From Muribaculaceae bacterium (GTDB taxonomy: Bacteria > Bacteroidota > Bacteroidia > Bacteroidales > Muribaculaceae), in assembly GCA_017620715.1 (NCBI GenBank), contig JAGAUN010000047.1, positions 3,232-67,231 on the forward strand: DNA of 64,000 bases, given 5' to 3'. The notes under the pieces are model-generated. The model saw nothing but the letters and a program-made list of their open reading frames with translations. It made no database searches and was not told the origin of the DNA. Position 1 is the first letter of the stretch, and each line of letters starts with the position of its first letter. The position numbers and the translations under genes are program-made. Positions 20,837 through 30,583 of this stretch are shown here, piece after piece.

Positions 20837-20923
20837 ATTCGGTCATTTGGCGCGATTTCATTCGGTCATTTGGCGCGATTTCATTCGGTCATTTGGCGCA
20901 ATTTCGTTCGGTCGTTTGGCGCG
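20837..20923. repeat. 23-bp tandem direct repeat, about 3.8 copies (attcggtcatttggcgcgatttc)
   Basis: Units start at 20837, 20860, 20883 and 20906. The first two are identical, the third has 1 change, and the partial fourth has 2. No spacers. Confidence 0.95.
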
Positions 20924-21025
20924 GAAGCTATCGTTTTAAGATGGTGTGGCATATCTCGTGATAATTTTGTAAGTTTGCACATACCAATCGAAATACATCT
21001 CAATACCATTATAAACCATTCACTA

Positions 21026-22069
21026 ATGAAAGTACAGACCAGCAAGGTCGATTCTCCCAAAGGCGAAATCACCCTCTACACTCTCTCCAACTCCTGCGGC
21101 TCATCGGTGACTCTCTCATCGCTCGGTGCCGGCATTGTAAGTGTAATAGTCCCTGACAAGGATGGCCGTATGGCCGACGTGGCCCTCGGCTATGCCAACC
21201 CCGCCGATTATTTCTACGACGGCCCCTGTGCCGGAAAAGTTCCCGGACGTTATGCCAACCGTATAGCCCGCGGAAATCTCCGTGTCGACGGCCGTCAGTA
21301 TCAACTGGCTATCAACAACGGCCCCAACGCCCTCCACGGAGGCCCCGAGGGATTTCAGAATAAAATCTGGGAGAGCCGCGTGACGCCGACAAATGAGGTG
21401 GTGTTCACCCTCTTCAGCCCCGACGGCGACGAGTCTTATCCCGGCAATATGCAGATATCGGCCACCTATACCTTGGCCGAAGATACAGACACTCTTCGCC
21501 TTACCTTGCGTGCCACAACCGATGCACCATCGGTGGTCAACCTCACCAATCACTGTTATTGGAACCTCGACGGGCATAACTCAGGCTCGGTGCTCGACCA
21601 TACGCTGTCGCTCGCAGCTTCACGTTATCTCCCCACCGACGATACCCTCATACCCACAGGCACAATGGATAGCGTTGAAGGCACACCCATGGATTTTACT
21701 TCACCCAAAACTATCGGCCGCGATATCAAGGAGTCGTTCCCTGCCTTAGTCTACGGCAAAGGTTACGACAATTGTTGGGTGATAGACCATTACGACCGCT
21801 CGTTGCGCACCGTGGCAACACTCGCCGCACCCCTTTCGGGCCGCACGCTCGAGGTGGCCACCACCCAGCCCGCAGTGCAGGTGTATACCGGCAACTGGCT
21901 TGCCGGCTCGCCGCTCAACAAGGAGGGCCGCTCGTACAATGACTACGACGGCGTGGCCATCGAATGCCAGGCAATGCCCGACTCGCCCAATCACCCCGAT
22001 TTCCCCTCCACTCAGATTTATCCCGGTGACCAATATCAGCAAATCATTGAATTCCGATTTAAAAATTAA
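21026..22069 (+). CDS. galM: Aldose 1-epimerase (galactose mutarotase)
   Basis: GRYANRI, LHGG, NLTNHCYWNL, GYDNCW, QVYTGN, AIECQ. Start at ATG 21026; -7 box at 20970-20977. Confidence 0.93.
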   Translation: MKVQTSKVDSPKGEITLYTLSNSCGSSVTLSSLGAGIVSVIVPDKDGRMADVALGYANPADYFYDGPCAGKVPGRYANRIARGNLRVDGRQYQLAINNGPNALHGGPEGFQNKIWESRVTPTNEVVFTLFSPDGDESYPGNMQISATYTLAEDTDTLRLTLRATTDAPSVVNLTNHCYWNLDGHNSGSVLDHTLSLAASRYLPTDDTLIPTGTMDSVEGTPMDFTSPKTIGRDIKESFPALVYGKGYDNCWVIDHYDRSLRTVATLAAPLSGRTLEVATTQPAVQVYTGNWLAGSPLNKEGRSYNDYDGVAIECQAMPDSPNHPDFPSTQIYPGDQYQQIIEFRFKN

Positions 22070-22078
22070 TTATATAAA

Positions 22079-22984
22079 ATGAAACCCACCCTATTTGTGC
22101 TCGCTGCCGGCATGGGCAGCCGCTACGGAGGCCTCAAACAGCTCGACGGTGTAGGCCCTCACGGCGAAACAATCATGGACTATTCGATCTACGACGCTCT
22201 CCACGCAGGCTTCGGCAAAGTGGTATTTGTGATACGCAAAGACTTTGAAGAGGATTTCCGCAAAAAAATTGTGTCGAAATATGAAGACCACATCCCCGTA
22301 GAGGTCGTGTTCCAGTCAATCGACGACCTTCCCGAAGGCTACACCTGTCCGGCCGACCGCACCAAACCATGGGGTACCAACCACGCGGTGCTCATGGGCA
22401 AGGATGCCATCAACGAGCCGTTTGCCGTAATCAATGCCGACGACTTCTACGGCCGCAACGCCTTTGAGGTAATCGCTGCCGAGCTCTCACGCCCGCACAC
22501 CGCTCCCGGCGACTATTGCATGGTAGGTTTCCGCGTAGGCAACACTATGACCGAAAACGGTTCGGTGGCACGTGGCGTCTGCTCTACATCGGCCGACGGC
22601 TATCTCACCGATGTTGTGGAGCGCACGGCCATATCCTATTCGCCCGACCATCGCATTGTGTTCACCGACGAAAACGGCGTGGAGCAGACACTCGCACCCG
22701 AGACTCCCGTATCGATGAATCTTTGGGGTCTGACGCCCGACTATTTCAAATACTCAGAGCGAGAGTTTAAAAAATTCCTTGATGAAAAGCTCACTACCCC
22801 CAAGGCAGAGTTCTTCATTCCGCTGTGCGTCGACGCTCTCATTAAAAACGGCGAGGCCAAAGTGAAAGTGCTCGATACCGATTCGCGCTGGTTTGGTGTG
22901 ACCTACGCTGCCGACCGTCAGGGCGTGGTCGACAAGCTCGTCGCCCTCCATGCCGACGGTACCTATCCCGAACGTCTCTTCTAA
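22079..22984 (+). CDS. Sugar-phosphate nucleotidyltransferase-family protein
   Basis: LAAGMGSRYGGLKQ, KPWGTNHA, INADDFYG, WFGVTY. Confidence 0.85.
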   Translation: MKPTLFVLAAGMGSRYGGLKQLDGVGPHGETIMDYSIYDALHAGFGKVVFVIRKDFEEDFRKKIVSKYEDHIPVEVVFQSIDDLPEGYTCPADRTKPWGTNHAVLMGKDAINEPFAVINADDFYGRNAFEVIAAELSRPHTAPGDYCMVGFRVGNTMTENGSVARGVCSTSADGYLTDVVERTAISYSPDHRIVFTDENGVEQTLAPETPVSMNLWGLTPDYFKYSEREFKKFLDEKLTTPKAEFFIPLCVDALIKNGEAKVKVLDTDSRWFGVTYAADRQGVVDKLVALHADGTYPERLF

Positions 22985-23000
22985 TCCAACCCACATATAT

Positions 23001-23036
23001 ATAATAAAGGCGCTCCGAGCGGAGCGCCTTTATTAT
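23001..23036. terminator. Bidirectional intrinsic terminator
   Basis: Perfect inverted repeat ataataaaggcgctcc-gagc-ggagcgcctttattat between convergent genes. Confidence 0.85.
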
Positions 23037-23054
23037 GTTGTAATCTTTATGGAA

Positions 23055-24530
23055 TTATTCGTATAAGCCGTAGTTCTTGTGGCTTTGCATGTATGCTACA
23101 CGTTGTGCAATCCACGTTTTTAAAATCTCTAAATTTTCGCGGAAATTGTAGCTGTCCTCGCGAGTCACATAGCCAACGCCGGGGTGTTGTGACGAAGGAT
23201 ACAATACGCCGTTCTCGCGGGCGGTAGCTTCAATCAGATACGCATACTCCTCTATGTAGGCTTTGAGCTGGTCATATCCTCCTCCGGTTGCTACAAAGGC
23301 ATCGAGTTTTGCTTTGAACAGTGTGCGGAACTCCTGATTTGCGCAAAGGAGTTTAATAAATGAGTATCCGGCATAGTCGCCGTTGCTCGATACCATGGGA
23401 ATGGTTGCCGATTGTCCCTCTTGACCGTCGAAAGTGAAAGCCCAGTCAAAGTCCCATACCGGCCCGAAGTGGTATACTTCACCATCTTCAAGGCTCTTCT
23501 TGTGCATGTAGAAGCTCTTGGGGTGCTGCATCTCGTGGTTCGAGGCCAGGCAGTTTACAAAGAAGAAGTTTACTGCTGACTCAATATCGATTACGTCAGA
23601 CAGACTCTCTGATGCCGAACGTGAAGTTACTGCGTCAGCCATCTTAGTGAAGTCAGCTTTCCAAAGGTTGAAGTATGCGGTGGCGTCGGTGATGTTGGTT
23701 ACTGTAGCGTCGGCTGCAAGCTCTGCAATGTCAGGGTCTTTCACCATAACCGGCAGCGTGTTCTGTGACCATCCGGATCCCCATGTGTACTTGAATTTGT
23801 AGTCTTCATCGTAGTTGGAATCGAGCTCGAAAAGCATACCGGTGGTTTCGTCGATATCAACGCTGCCGCCACCTATGCCTATCTTCTCGGTGAGCATGTA
23901 CTGGCCCTTGTTTATACCGTTGAAATATACCTTAACCGGTACACAGTGGTTGGTGTAAGGCATGCCTAAGTGCTGTGCGGTCCAGAGAGCTATGGCGTTG
24001 CGCATCAGTGTGCAGTCGATATAGTTGGCTATGAGGGCAAATGTCTTGGCTTTGGGCAGTCCGCATATCGATGCTTTTTTGCTCATTTTGAAGCGATAGG
24101 GCTTCTTGGTCATCTGCCATGTTGAGTTTCCGCGGCCGCGGAATTCCACCAGTTCCATTGTGGGTATGTCGTCAAACATGCCATTGCCTATCATCTCCAT
24201 TGTGCCGGGGTGAGCATCATCTTTCGCTCCCTGCAGCTCAGTCCAGTTGGGGTAGTCGGTGATGAAGAAGTGGAATTCGGGCAACGCGGTGGGACGCACT
24301 ACGCAAGAGTCGATTGCGCTCATGCTTATCTGGGTTACGGTGCCGTCGGTGGCGGTGATGTTCATCACCTGTGTGCCTTTTTCGTCGGTGCCGAATGTGA
24401 TCTGCTGCGTTTCCGAAGCCTTTACAGTATGATGCTGTTCGTCGTTGCGGAATACGTGTATGTGCTCTGTCTGAGCGGTTGCGGCCAATGTCATTATTGC
24501 GGCCGTTGACAGGAGTAGAAGTTTTTTCAT
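23055..24530 (-). CDS. Secreted CotH-family atypical kinase
   Basis: Signal peptide; RGRGNSTW..KKPYRFK, LIANYID.TLMRN, GQYMLTE, HPKSFY, FGPVWDFDWAF. Confidence 0.88.
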   Translation of the reverse strand: MKKLLLLSTAAIMTLAATAQTEHIHVFRNDEQHHTVKASETQQITFGTDEKGTQVMNITATDGTVTQISMSAIDSCVVRPTALPEFHFFITDYPNWTELQGAKDDAHPGTMEMIGNGMFDDIPTMELVEFRGRGNSTWQMTKKPYRFKMSKKASICGLPKAKTFALIANYIDCTLMRNAIALWTAQHLGMPYTNHCVPVKVYFNGINKGQYMLTEKIGIGGGSVDIDETTGMLFELDSNYDEDYKFKYTWGSGWSQNTLPVMVKDPDIAELAADATVTNITDATAYFNLWKADFTKMADAVTSRSASESLSDVIDIESAVNFFFVNCLASNHEMQHPKSFYMHKKSLEDGEVYHFGPVWDFDWAFTFDGQEGQSATIPMVSSNGDYAGYSFIKLLCANQEFRTLFKAKLDAFVATGGGYDQLKAYIEEYAYLIEATARENGVLYPSSQHPGVGYVTREDSYNFRENLEILKTWIAQRVAYMQSHKNYGLYE

Positions 24531-25027
24531 AAGCCTACAGCTATTTTAAGTGATTGATTGGCAAAGCTCAGCACATACATGCCGGGCATCATCGATGCGG
24601 TGTGTATTTCGGCTGTGCCTGCGGTGGCTGCGGTGGTGCTCACCATCATGCCGTCGAGACTGTATACCGACACCTGCGCTCCGTCAGGCAGATTGCTTAT
24701 CACAATCTTGTCGCCGGTCATGGTTACATCTATCGTCTCCTTGTCGGGCGTTACGTTGTCGATACGCGCCCAAAGGTCTGAAGAACCTCCGTTGGTGCTG
24801 AAGCTCCACGAGGTGGTCTCTGAGAGAGGTACTTCGATGGTGCCCGACGAGCACTCCATCTTCACTGCGTTGTCCTCGACCTTAAGAGTCATGTCGTCCT
24901 CCATGTGCACGCACAGCAGCACACTCGGGTCGGTGGTCTTGAACAAGAGGCTTTGGTATGTGGCCGCATGCGTGGTGGCAAAAGCTCCCGCTATTGCCAT
25001 CATGGCCACAAGCAATTTCTTTTTCAT
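24527..25027 (-). CDS. Small secreted protein with T9SS type A-like C-terminal domain
   Basis: Signal peptide; C-terminal VSVYSLDGMMV...PGMYVL...SLKI pattern. Confidence 0.75.
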   Translation of the reverse strand: MKKKLLVAMMAIAGAFATTHAATYQSLLFKTTDPSVLLCVHMEDDMTLKVEDNAVKMECSSGTIEVPLSETTSWSFSTNGGSSDLWARIDNVTPDKETIDVTMTGDKIVISNLPDGAQVSVYSLDGMMVSTTAATAGTAEIHTASMMPGMYVLSFANQSLKIAVGL

Positions 25028-25150
25028 GTGATTATTAATTGATTGTTAAATTTAAGATGTGTGCAAAGATATTCTTTATTATTGTTAAATGCAAAAAAAC
25101 CAATTGCCGAATACCGATATTTCATGTAAATTTGTGTCTGCAATCACCTG

Positions 25151-25891
25151 ATGAAAGTCACAGCTGTCATACCTGCCCGATATGGATCTTCACGCCTGCC
25201 CGGCAAGCCACTTGCCGAGATAGGGGGGCGTCCTATGATACAGCATGTGTGGCAACGTGTGTCGCAGCTGTTTCCGCGCACCATCATAGCCACCGACCAT
25301 ACGGCTATTGCTGATGCCGCCCGCCGCTTCGGCGCCGAGGTGGTGCTCACCGACCCCGATATTGCCACCGGCACTATGCGCAGCATACAGGCGTATCGTG
25401 AGGCGGGATGCGATGCCGATATTCTGCTCAACGTGCAGGGCGACGAACCGTTTATCTCTCCCTATACCCTTAGTGCGGTGGTGGAGAGGCTCAACGGTGC
25501 CGACCATCCGGCTGTGGCAACCGCCGCCACTCCATTTCCTCACACCGAGCCATACTCACGCCTCGCCGACCCCAACCGCGTGAAGGTGGTGACCGATTCG
25601 GCCAACCGTGCCATTTATTTCAGTCGCTCGGTGATACCGGCCCTCCGTTCCATTCCTGTCGCCGACTGGCCACGGCATCATACCTATCTGATACATCACG
25701 GGGTATACGCTTTTGCCACCGATGCCCTCGAAGCGATAAAGCATGCTGTTGACTCGCCGCTGGCTCGGGCCGAGCAGCTTGAACAGCTCGCATGGCTTCA
25801 GGCAGGCATGAGCATAGGCATAGCCGTGGTGCCCGATGCGCCTTTTGCAATAGATACTCCGGCCGACCTTGCCCGTGCCCGTGCTCTCTGA
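25151..25891 (+). CDS. kdsB: CMP-KDO synthetase
   Basis: IPARYGSSRLPGKPL, NVQGDEP, AIYFSRS, EQLEQL, IDTPADL. Confidence 0.93.
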   Translation: MKVTAVIPARYGSSRLPGKPLAEIGGRPMIQHVWQRVSQLFPRTIIATDHTAIADAARRFGAEVVLTDPDIATGTMRSIQAYREAGCDADILLNVQGDEPFISPYTLSAVVERLNGADHPAVATAATPFPHTEPYSRLADPNRVKVVTDSANRAIYFSRSVIPALRSIPVADWPRHHTYLIHHGVYAFATDALEAIKHAVDSPLARAEQLEQLAWLQAGMSIGIAVVPDAPFAIDTPADLARARAL

Positions 25892-26024
25892 TTTTTGGTG
25901 TCGTGCGCGCGTGCGGAACAAAAAAATAGGCCCTAACCTATTGATATTCCAAAAAATATTTGCGAACTTTGCACATTCATTATCACTTAGTTAGTTTTCA
26001 ACCCTTTAACCACCAATTGTATAC

Positions 26025-27671
26025 ATGAAGAAAAGTGCTTTGCAGACAGCCCGCGCTTCATACCAGCCCAAACTCCCCGTAACCCTCACCGGAGCAGTAA
26101 TGGCAGTAGAAGGCAAACCCACAGAGTCAGTTGCCGACCGCGAAGAAATCAAGAAACTCTTCCCCAACACCTACGGCATGCCCGAGCTGCGTTTTGAGAA
26201 AAACCCCAACCCCACAGTAGGCAAGCCCGTCAATATAGGCGTAATACTCTCCGGCGGACAGGCTCCCGGCGGCCACAACGTAATCTGCGGCCTTTTCGAC
26301 GGCATAAAGAAAATCAACAAAGAGAGCCGTCTCTTCGGTTTCCTCATGGGCCCCGGCGGTCTCGTTGACCACAAATATGTAGAGCTCACAGCCGATGTAA
26401 TCGACCAGTACCGCAACACCGGCGGTTTTGACATCATCGGTTCTGGCCGTACAAAACTCGAAAAGAAAGACCAGTTCGACAAAGGTCTTGAAATACTCAA
26501 GGAGCTCGGTATCACCGCACTCGTAATCATTGGCGGCGACGACTCAAATACCAATGCCGCCGTGCTCGCCGAATATTACAAGGAAATCGGCGCAGGCGTG
26601 CAGGTAATCGGTTGCCCCAAGACCATCGACGGTGACCTTAAAAACGAGGTCGTTGAGGCTTCGTTCGGTTTCGACACCGCCACCAAAGTATATTCGGAGC
26701 TCATCGGCAATATACAGCGCGACTGCTTCTCGGCCAAGAAATACTGGCACTTCATCAAGCTCATGGGCCGCTCGGCATCGCATATCGCTCTCGAATGCGC
26801 TCTCCAGACCCAGCCCAACGTCTGCATCATATCTGAAGAGGTTGAGGAGAAAAACCTCACTCTACAGAATGTGGTTGACTATATAGCCGACATCGTTGCC
26901 GCACGTGCAGCCAAGGGCGACAACTTCGGTACCGTGCTCATTCCCGAAGGCCTCATTGAGTTTATCCCCGCAATGAAAAACCTCATTGCCGAACTCAACG
27001 ACCTCCTTGCACGCAAATCGGATTTCGCTGCAATGGCACGCGACGAGCAGCGCGCATATCTCATGGCCAACCTCTCGCAGAACTCGGCCACAGTTTACGC
27101 TTCGCTCCCCGAAGGCGTGGCACGTCAGCTCACCCTCGACCGTGACCCCCACGGCAACGTACAGGTATCCCTTATCGAGACCGAGAAACTCCTCTCCGAA
27201 ATGGTAGGCAAACGCCTCGCCGTACTCGCAGAAGAGGGCAAGTACAACGGCCGCTTCTCTCCGCTGCATCACTTCTTCGGCTACGAAGGCCGCTGCGCAG
27301 CTCCCTCTAAATTTGATGCCGACTACTGCTACGCACTCGGTTACAACGCCGCCAACCTTATAGCCGCCGGCGTAACCGGTTATCTTTCGAGCCTGCGCAA
27401 CCTCACTGCTCCCTCAGTGCAGTGGCTTGCAGGCGGTATACCTATCACCATGATGTTTAACATGGAGCGTCGCCACGGCGAAATGAAGCCTGTGATACAG
27501 AAAGCGCTCGTGCGCCTCGACGGAAGCCCCTTCCTGAAATTTGCCGCTAAGCGCGACAAATGGGCCCGCGGTGCCGAGTATGTATTCCCCGGCCCCATCC
27601 AGTACTTCGGCCCCGCTGAAGTTTGCGATCAGCCCACACTCACACTCCAGTACGAGCATCTCGATAAATAA
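26025..27671 (+). CDS. pfp: Pyrophosphate-dependent phosphofructokinase
   Basis: [14 protein letters not shown] (PPi-type Asp), PKTIDGD, MGRSASH. Confidence 0.96.
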   Translation: MKKSALQTARASYQPKLPVTLTGAVMAVEGKPTESVADREEIKKLFPNTYGMPELRFEKNPNPTVGKPVNIGVILSGGQAPGGHNVICGLFDGIKKINKESRLFGFLMGPGGLVDHKYVELTADVIDQYRNTGGFDIIGSGRTKLEKKDQFDKGLEILKELGITALVIIGGDDSNTNAAVLAEYYKEIGAGVQVIGCPKTIDGDLKNEVVEASFGFDTATKVYSELIGNIQRDCFSAKKYWHFIKLMGRSASHIALECALQTQPNVCIISEEVEEKNLTLQNVVDYIADIVAARAAKGDNFGTVLIPEGLIEFIPAMKNLIAELNDLLARKSDFAAMARDEQRAYLMANLSQNSATVYASLPEGVARQLTLDRDPHGNVQVSLIETEKLLSEMVGKRLAVLAEEGKYNGRFSPLHHFFGYEGRCAAPSKFDADYCYALGYNAANLIAAGVTGYLSSLRNLTAPSVQWLAGGIPITMMFNMERRHGEMKPVIQKALVRLDGSPFLKFAAKRDKWARGAEYVFPGPIQYFGPAEVCDQPTLTLQYEHLDK

Positions 27672-27704
27672 TCAGCACACATTTATCCTTCATAATCAGC
27701 TTGC

Positions 27705-27738
27705 AGAAGGCTGCGCCCGGTATCGGACGCGGCCTTCT
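27705..27738. terminator. Hairpin between convergent pfp and lrp
   Basis: Imperfect inverted repeat agaaggctgcg...cgcggccttct. Confidence 0.55.
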
Positions 27739-28184
27739 TAATGCTTGATTTGATCCATGGCAAATACCGACTGTACAGACCCTACCATGGGGAGGCGCCC
27801 CAGTTTTTCGGTCACGAATTCGCGGTAGCTCCCCATCTCGCGCACCTGCACTTTGAGGAGATAGTCGTAAGCACCCGACACATTGTAGCACTCCTTCACC
27901 TGCGGCATCTCATTGATGGCTGCGGCAAATTCACGGTGTATGTCGGCATTTATCCTGTCGAGCTTCACATTGCAGAATACCGTGAAGCCTATGCCCACGG
28001 CCTCGGCGTCGACATCAATTGTGTAGCGGCGAATCACCCCCTCCGATTCGAGCCTGCGCACACGCTCAAACACCGGGGTGGCCGACCGGTGAACGCGGTT
28101 TGCCAGTTCGCGTATCGAAAGACGGCTGTCGCTGCGCAGCTGCTCTATTATGGCCATATCGGTCAGGTCTAACTCTCTTTTCAT
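27738..28184 (-). CDS. Lrp/AsnC transcriptional regulator
   Basis: LDLTDMAII..L..DSR HTH, RVRRLESEGVI, ECYNVSGAYDYLLKV. Start at MKREL. Confidence 0.93.
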   Translation of the reverse strand: MKRELDLTDMAIIEQLRSDSRLSIRELANRVHRSATPVFERVRRLESEGVIRRYTIDVDAEAVGIGFTVFCNVKLDRINADIHREFAAAINEMPQVKECYNVSGAYDYLLKVQVREMGSYREFVTEKLGRLPMVGSVQSVFAMDQIKH

Positions 28185-28205
28185 ATTTGTTCGGATTATT
28201 TGCCG

Positions 28206-28313
28206 CAAAAATAAGAAAAACAGAACAAATGCTCATAAAATGGCGATAATGATTTGCAATAATTCCAAATATTATGATGTTTTAGGAGCGTATGTTGGGG
28301 TTGCGTATCTTTG
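28206..28313. promoter_or_regulatory. Divergent promoter region lrp / metY
   Basis: -7 boxes at 28206-28213 (minus) and 28306-28313 (plus) flank an AT-rich spacer. Confidence 0.6.
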
Positions 28314-28337
28314 CATTATAAATCAATACTACGAGCC

Positions 28338-29609
28338 ATGCATTTCGAGACTCTTCAGCTACACGCCGGGTTGCCGGCCCCCGAATCAGCAGCAGGTGCC
28401 TGCGCCGTGCCCATATACCAGACTGCCGCCTATCGCTTCGGCAGCGCTCGGCAGGCTGCTGACCGTTTCAGTTTCGCCGACCCCGGAAATATATATTCCC
28501 GACTTACCAATCCCACCCAGGAGGTTCTTGAGACGCGTATGGCGGCTCTCGAGGGGGGAAAGGCGGCTTTGGCCGTGGCCTCCGGCGCGGCAGCTGTGAC
28601 CTATGTGCTCGAAAACGCGCTTCCTCCCGGCTCACACATTATTGCCGCAAACAATCTTTATGGCGGCAGCTACAACCTGATTGTCAACAATCTGAGTGCG
28701 CGCGGCATAAGCTACACAATAGTCGACCTAAATGACTCAGCGGCCCTCGAGGCGGCTTTCCGCCCCAATACCCGTGTTGTGTATGGCGAGACACTCGGCA
28801 ATCCGAACAGCGAAGTCACTGACCTGGAGCAGGTAGCCGACATGGCGCACAGGCACAACTGCCTCTTTGTGGTCGACAATACCTTTGCCACACCTTATCT
28901 GCTTCGCCCCATAGAGCACGGGGCCGATGTGGTGGTGCACTCGGCTACAAAATTTATAGGCGGCCACGGTACGAGTCTTGGCGGTATCATAGTCGATGCC
29001 GGCCGTTTCGACTTCCGGGCCCATCCCGAGCTTTTCCCGTATATTGCGCAGCCCGACCCCTCATATCACGGCGGTATCTTTGCCGACATGGCTCCCGAAG
29101 CGCCGTTTGTAACCCGCATCCGTTCGGTTGTGCTCCGCGATGAGGGCGCCTGTATATCTCCGTTCAACGCATTCATGCTGCTGCAGGGACTTGAGACCCT
29201 CTCGTTGCGCGTCGATCGGCATGTATCGAACGCGCTGCGCGTGGCCGAATTTCTTGCCGGGCATTCGCGCGTAAAGTCGGTGAGCCATCCCTCTCTGCCT
29301 GACCACAGCTCGCATCAGCTTTACAACCGATATTTCCCCCGCGGCGGCGCCAGCATTTTCACTTTCGAGATACAGGGCGACCGCTCGGCAGCATGGCAAT
29401 TTATCGACCGTCTGAAAATATTCTCGACCGTAGCCAATGTGGCCGATTCCAAGAGTCTTGTGATTCACCCCGCCTCCACCACCCATTCCCAGATGTCGGA
29501 GGCTGAGCTCGCACAGGCCCATATCACCCCGTCGACAATACGCCTGAGCGTAGGCATAGAACATCCCGACGATATTATAGCCGACCTCGCACAAGCCCTA
29601 CAGTCATGA
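28338..29609 (+). CDS. metY: O-acetylhomoserine sulfhydrylase (aminocarboxypropyltransferase)
   Basis: PIYQT, IYSRLTNPT, VDNTFATP, HSATKFIGGHG (PLP Lys), IHPASTTHSQ. Confidence 0.93.
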   Translation: MHFETLQLHAGLPAPESAAGACAVPIYQTAAYRFGSARQAADRFSFADPGNIYSRLTNPTQEVLETRMAALEGGKAALAVASGAAAVTYVLENALPPGSHIIAANNLYGGSYNLIVNNLSARGISYTIVDLNDSAALEAAFRPNTRVVYGETLGNPNSEVTDLEQVADMAHRHNCLFVVDNTFATPYLLRPIEHGADVVVHSATKFIGGHGTSLGGIIVDAGRFDFRAHPELFPYIAQPDPSYHGGIFADMAPEAPFVTRIRSVVLRDEGACISPFNAFMLLQGLETLSLRVDRHVSNALRVAEFLAGHSRVKSVSHPSLPDHSSHQLYNRYFPRGGASIFTFEIQGDRSAAWQFIDRLKIFSTVANVADSKSLVIHPASTTHSQMSEAELAQAHITPSTIRLSVGIEHPDDIIADLAQALQS

Positions 29610-30565
29610 ACAGTTCAGTAGCACAGTTTCTCGCGTCGCCCCATTCCACTGCTTTCTCATTCGAGATTCTTCCGCCTGTGAGGGGCAGAAGCATACAGTC
29701 GGCCTACGCCAATATTGAGCCATTGATGCGGTTTGCACCGGCGTATATCAATATCACCACTCATCGCAACGAAGTGTCGTACCACCCGGCGCCCTCCGGC
29801 GGATTCGTCGAGGTGAGTAACCGGCGCCGTCCGGGCACAGTGGCGGTGGCTGCCGCTCTGCGCGAGCGGTACAAGGTGCCCACCGTGCCTCACCTTATCT
29901 GCGGGCACTTTTCGCGAAATGAGATAGAAGACCAGCTTATCGACCTTTCTTATCTCGGCATCACCGATCTGGTGGTGCTTCGGGGCGACCGTCCCAAAGA
30001 CTCGCATGTATTCACCACTCACGAGCGCGGACACTCTCATGCTGCCCAACTCGCGCGGCAGGTGTGTGATTTCAATCGGGGCCATATGGCCGACGGAGTT
30101 GAGGCTGAGCCTCCGGCCGTTCCGTTTACCTTCGGCGTTGCCGGTTATCCCGAGAAGCATGAGGAGGCTATGAATCTGACCACCGACCTTATGTACCTGA
30201 AAGAGAAGGTCGACGCGGGGGCATCGTATATAGTGACCCAGATGTTTTACGACAACGCCAAATTCTTTAATTTTGTTGACCGCTGCCGCGCCCTCGGCAT
30301 CACAGTGCCGATAATACCGGGACTGAAACCGCTAACCTCGCTCCGTCAGCTTTCCATGTTGCCGCATATCTTCCATATCGACCTGCCCGAACCGCTTGCG
30401 CGCGAACTGCAGAAATGTACCACCGACGCCCGGGTAAAAGAGGTGGGTATTGAGTGGGGCGTGGCGCAGGCTGCCGAGCTCAGAAACCATAACGTGCCGA
30501 GCATCCACTTCTACGCTATGCACGCCGTAGAGAGTGTGGCCCGCATCGCCTCCCGCATATATTGA
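29606..30565 (+). CDS. metF: 5,10-methylenetetrahydrofolate reductase
   Basis: FSFEILPP, VPHLIC, LRGD, VAGYPEKH, IVTQMFYD, IHFY. Confidence 0.93.
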   Translation: MNSSVAQFLASPHSTAFSFEILPPVRGRSIQSAYANIEPLMRFAPAYINITTHRNEVSYHPAPSGGFVEVSNRRRPGTVAVAAALRERYKVPTVPHLICGHFSRNEIEDQLIDLSYLGITDLVVLRGDRPKDSHVFTTHERGHSHAAQLARQVCDFNRGHMADGVEAEPPAVPFTFGVAGYPEKHEEAMNLTTDLMYLKEKVDAGASYIVTQMFYDNAKFFNFVDRCRALGITVPIIPGLKPLTSLRQLSMLPHIFHIDLPEPLARELQKCTTDARVKEVGIEWGVAQAAELRNHNVPSIHFYAMHAVESVARIASRIY

Positions 30566-30583
30566 TTTTACAGTCAGCCCTAT

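Noticed and set aside
20837-20923. 23-bp repeats as a CRISPR array
   Set aside because: The units are contiguous with no spacers and there are no cas genes. Kept as a tandem repeat.
20870-21025. N-terminal extensions in the ORF track (galM, metY, trkA, nqrA, bioA and others)
   Set aside because: They run through promoter boxes, repeats or upstream genes and lack family similarity, so downstream ATGs were chosen.
28185-28337. SAM or cobalamin riboswitch upstream of metY-metF-metH
   Set aside because: The -7 box is only ~25 nt from the start codon, and the region is AT-rich without aptamer motifs.
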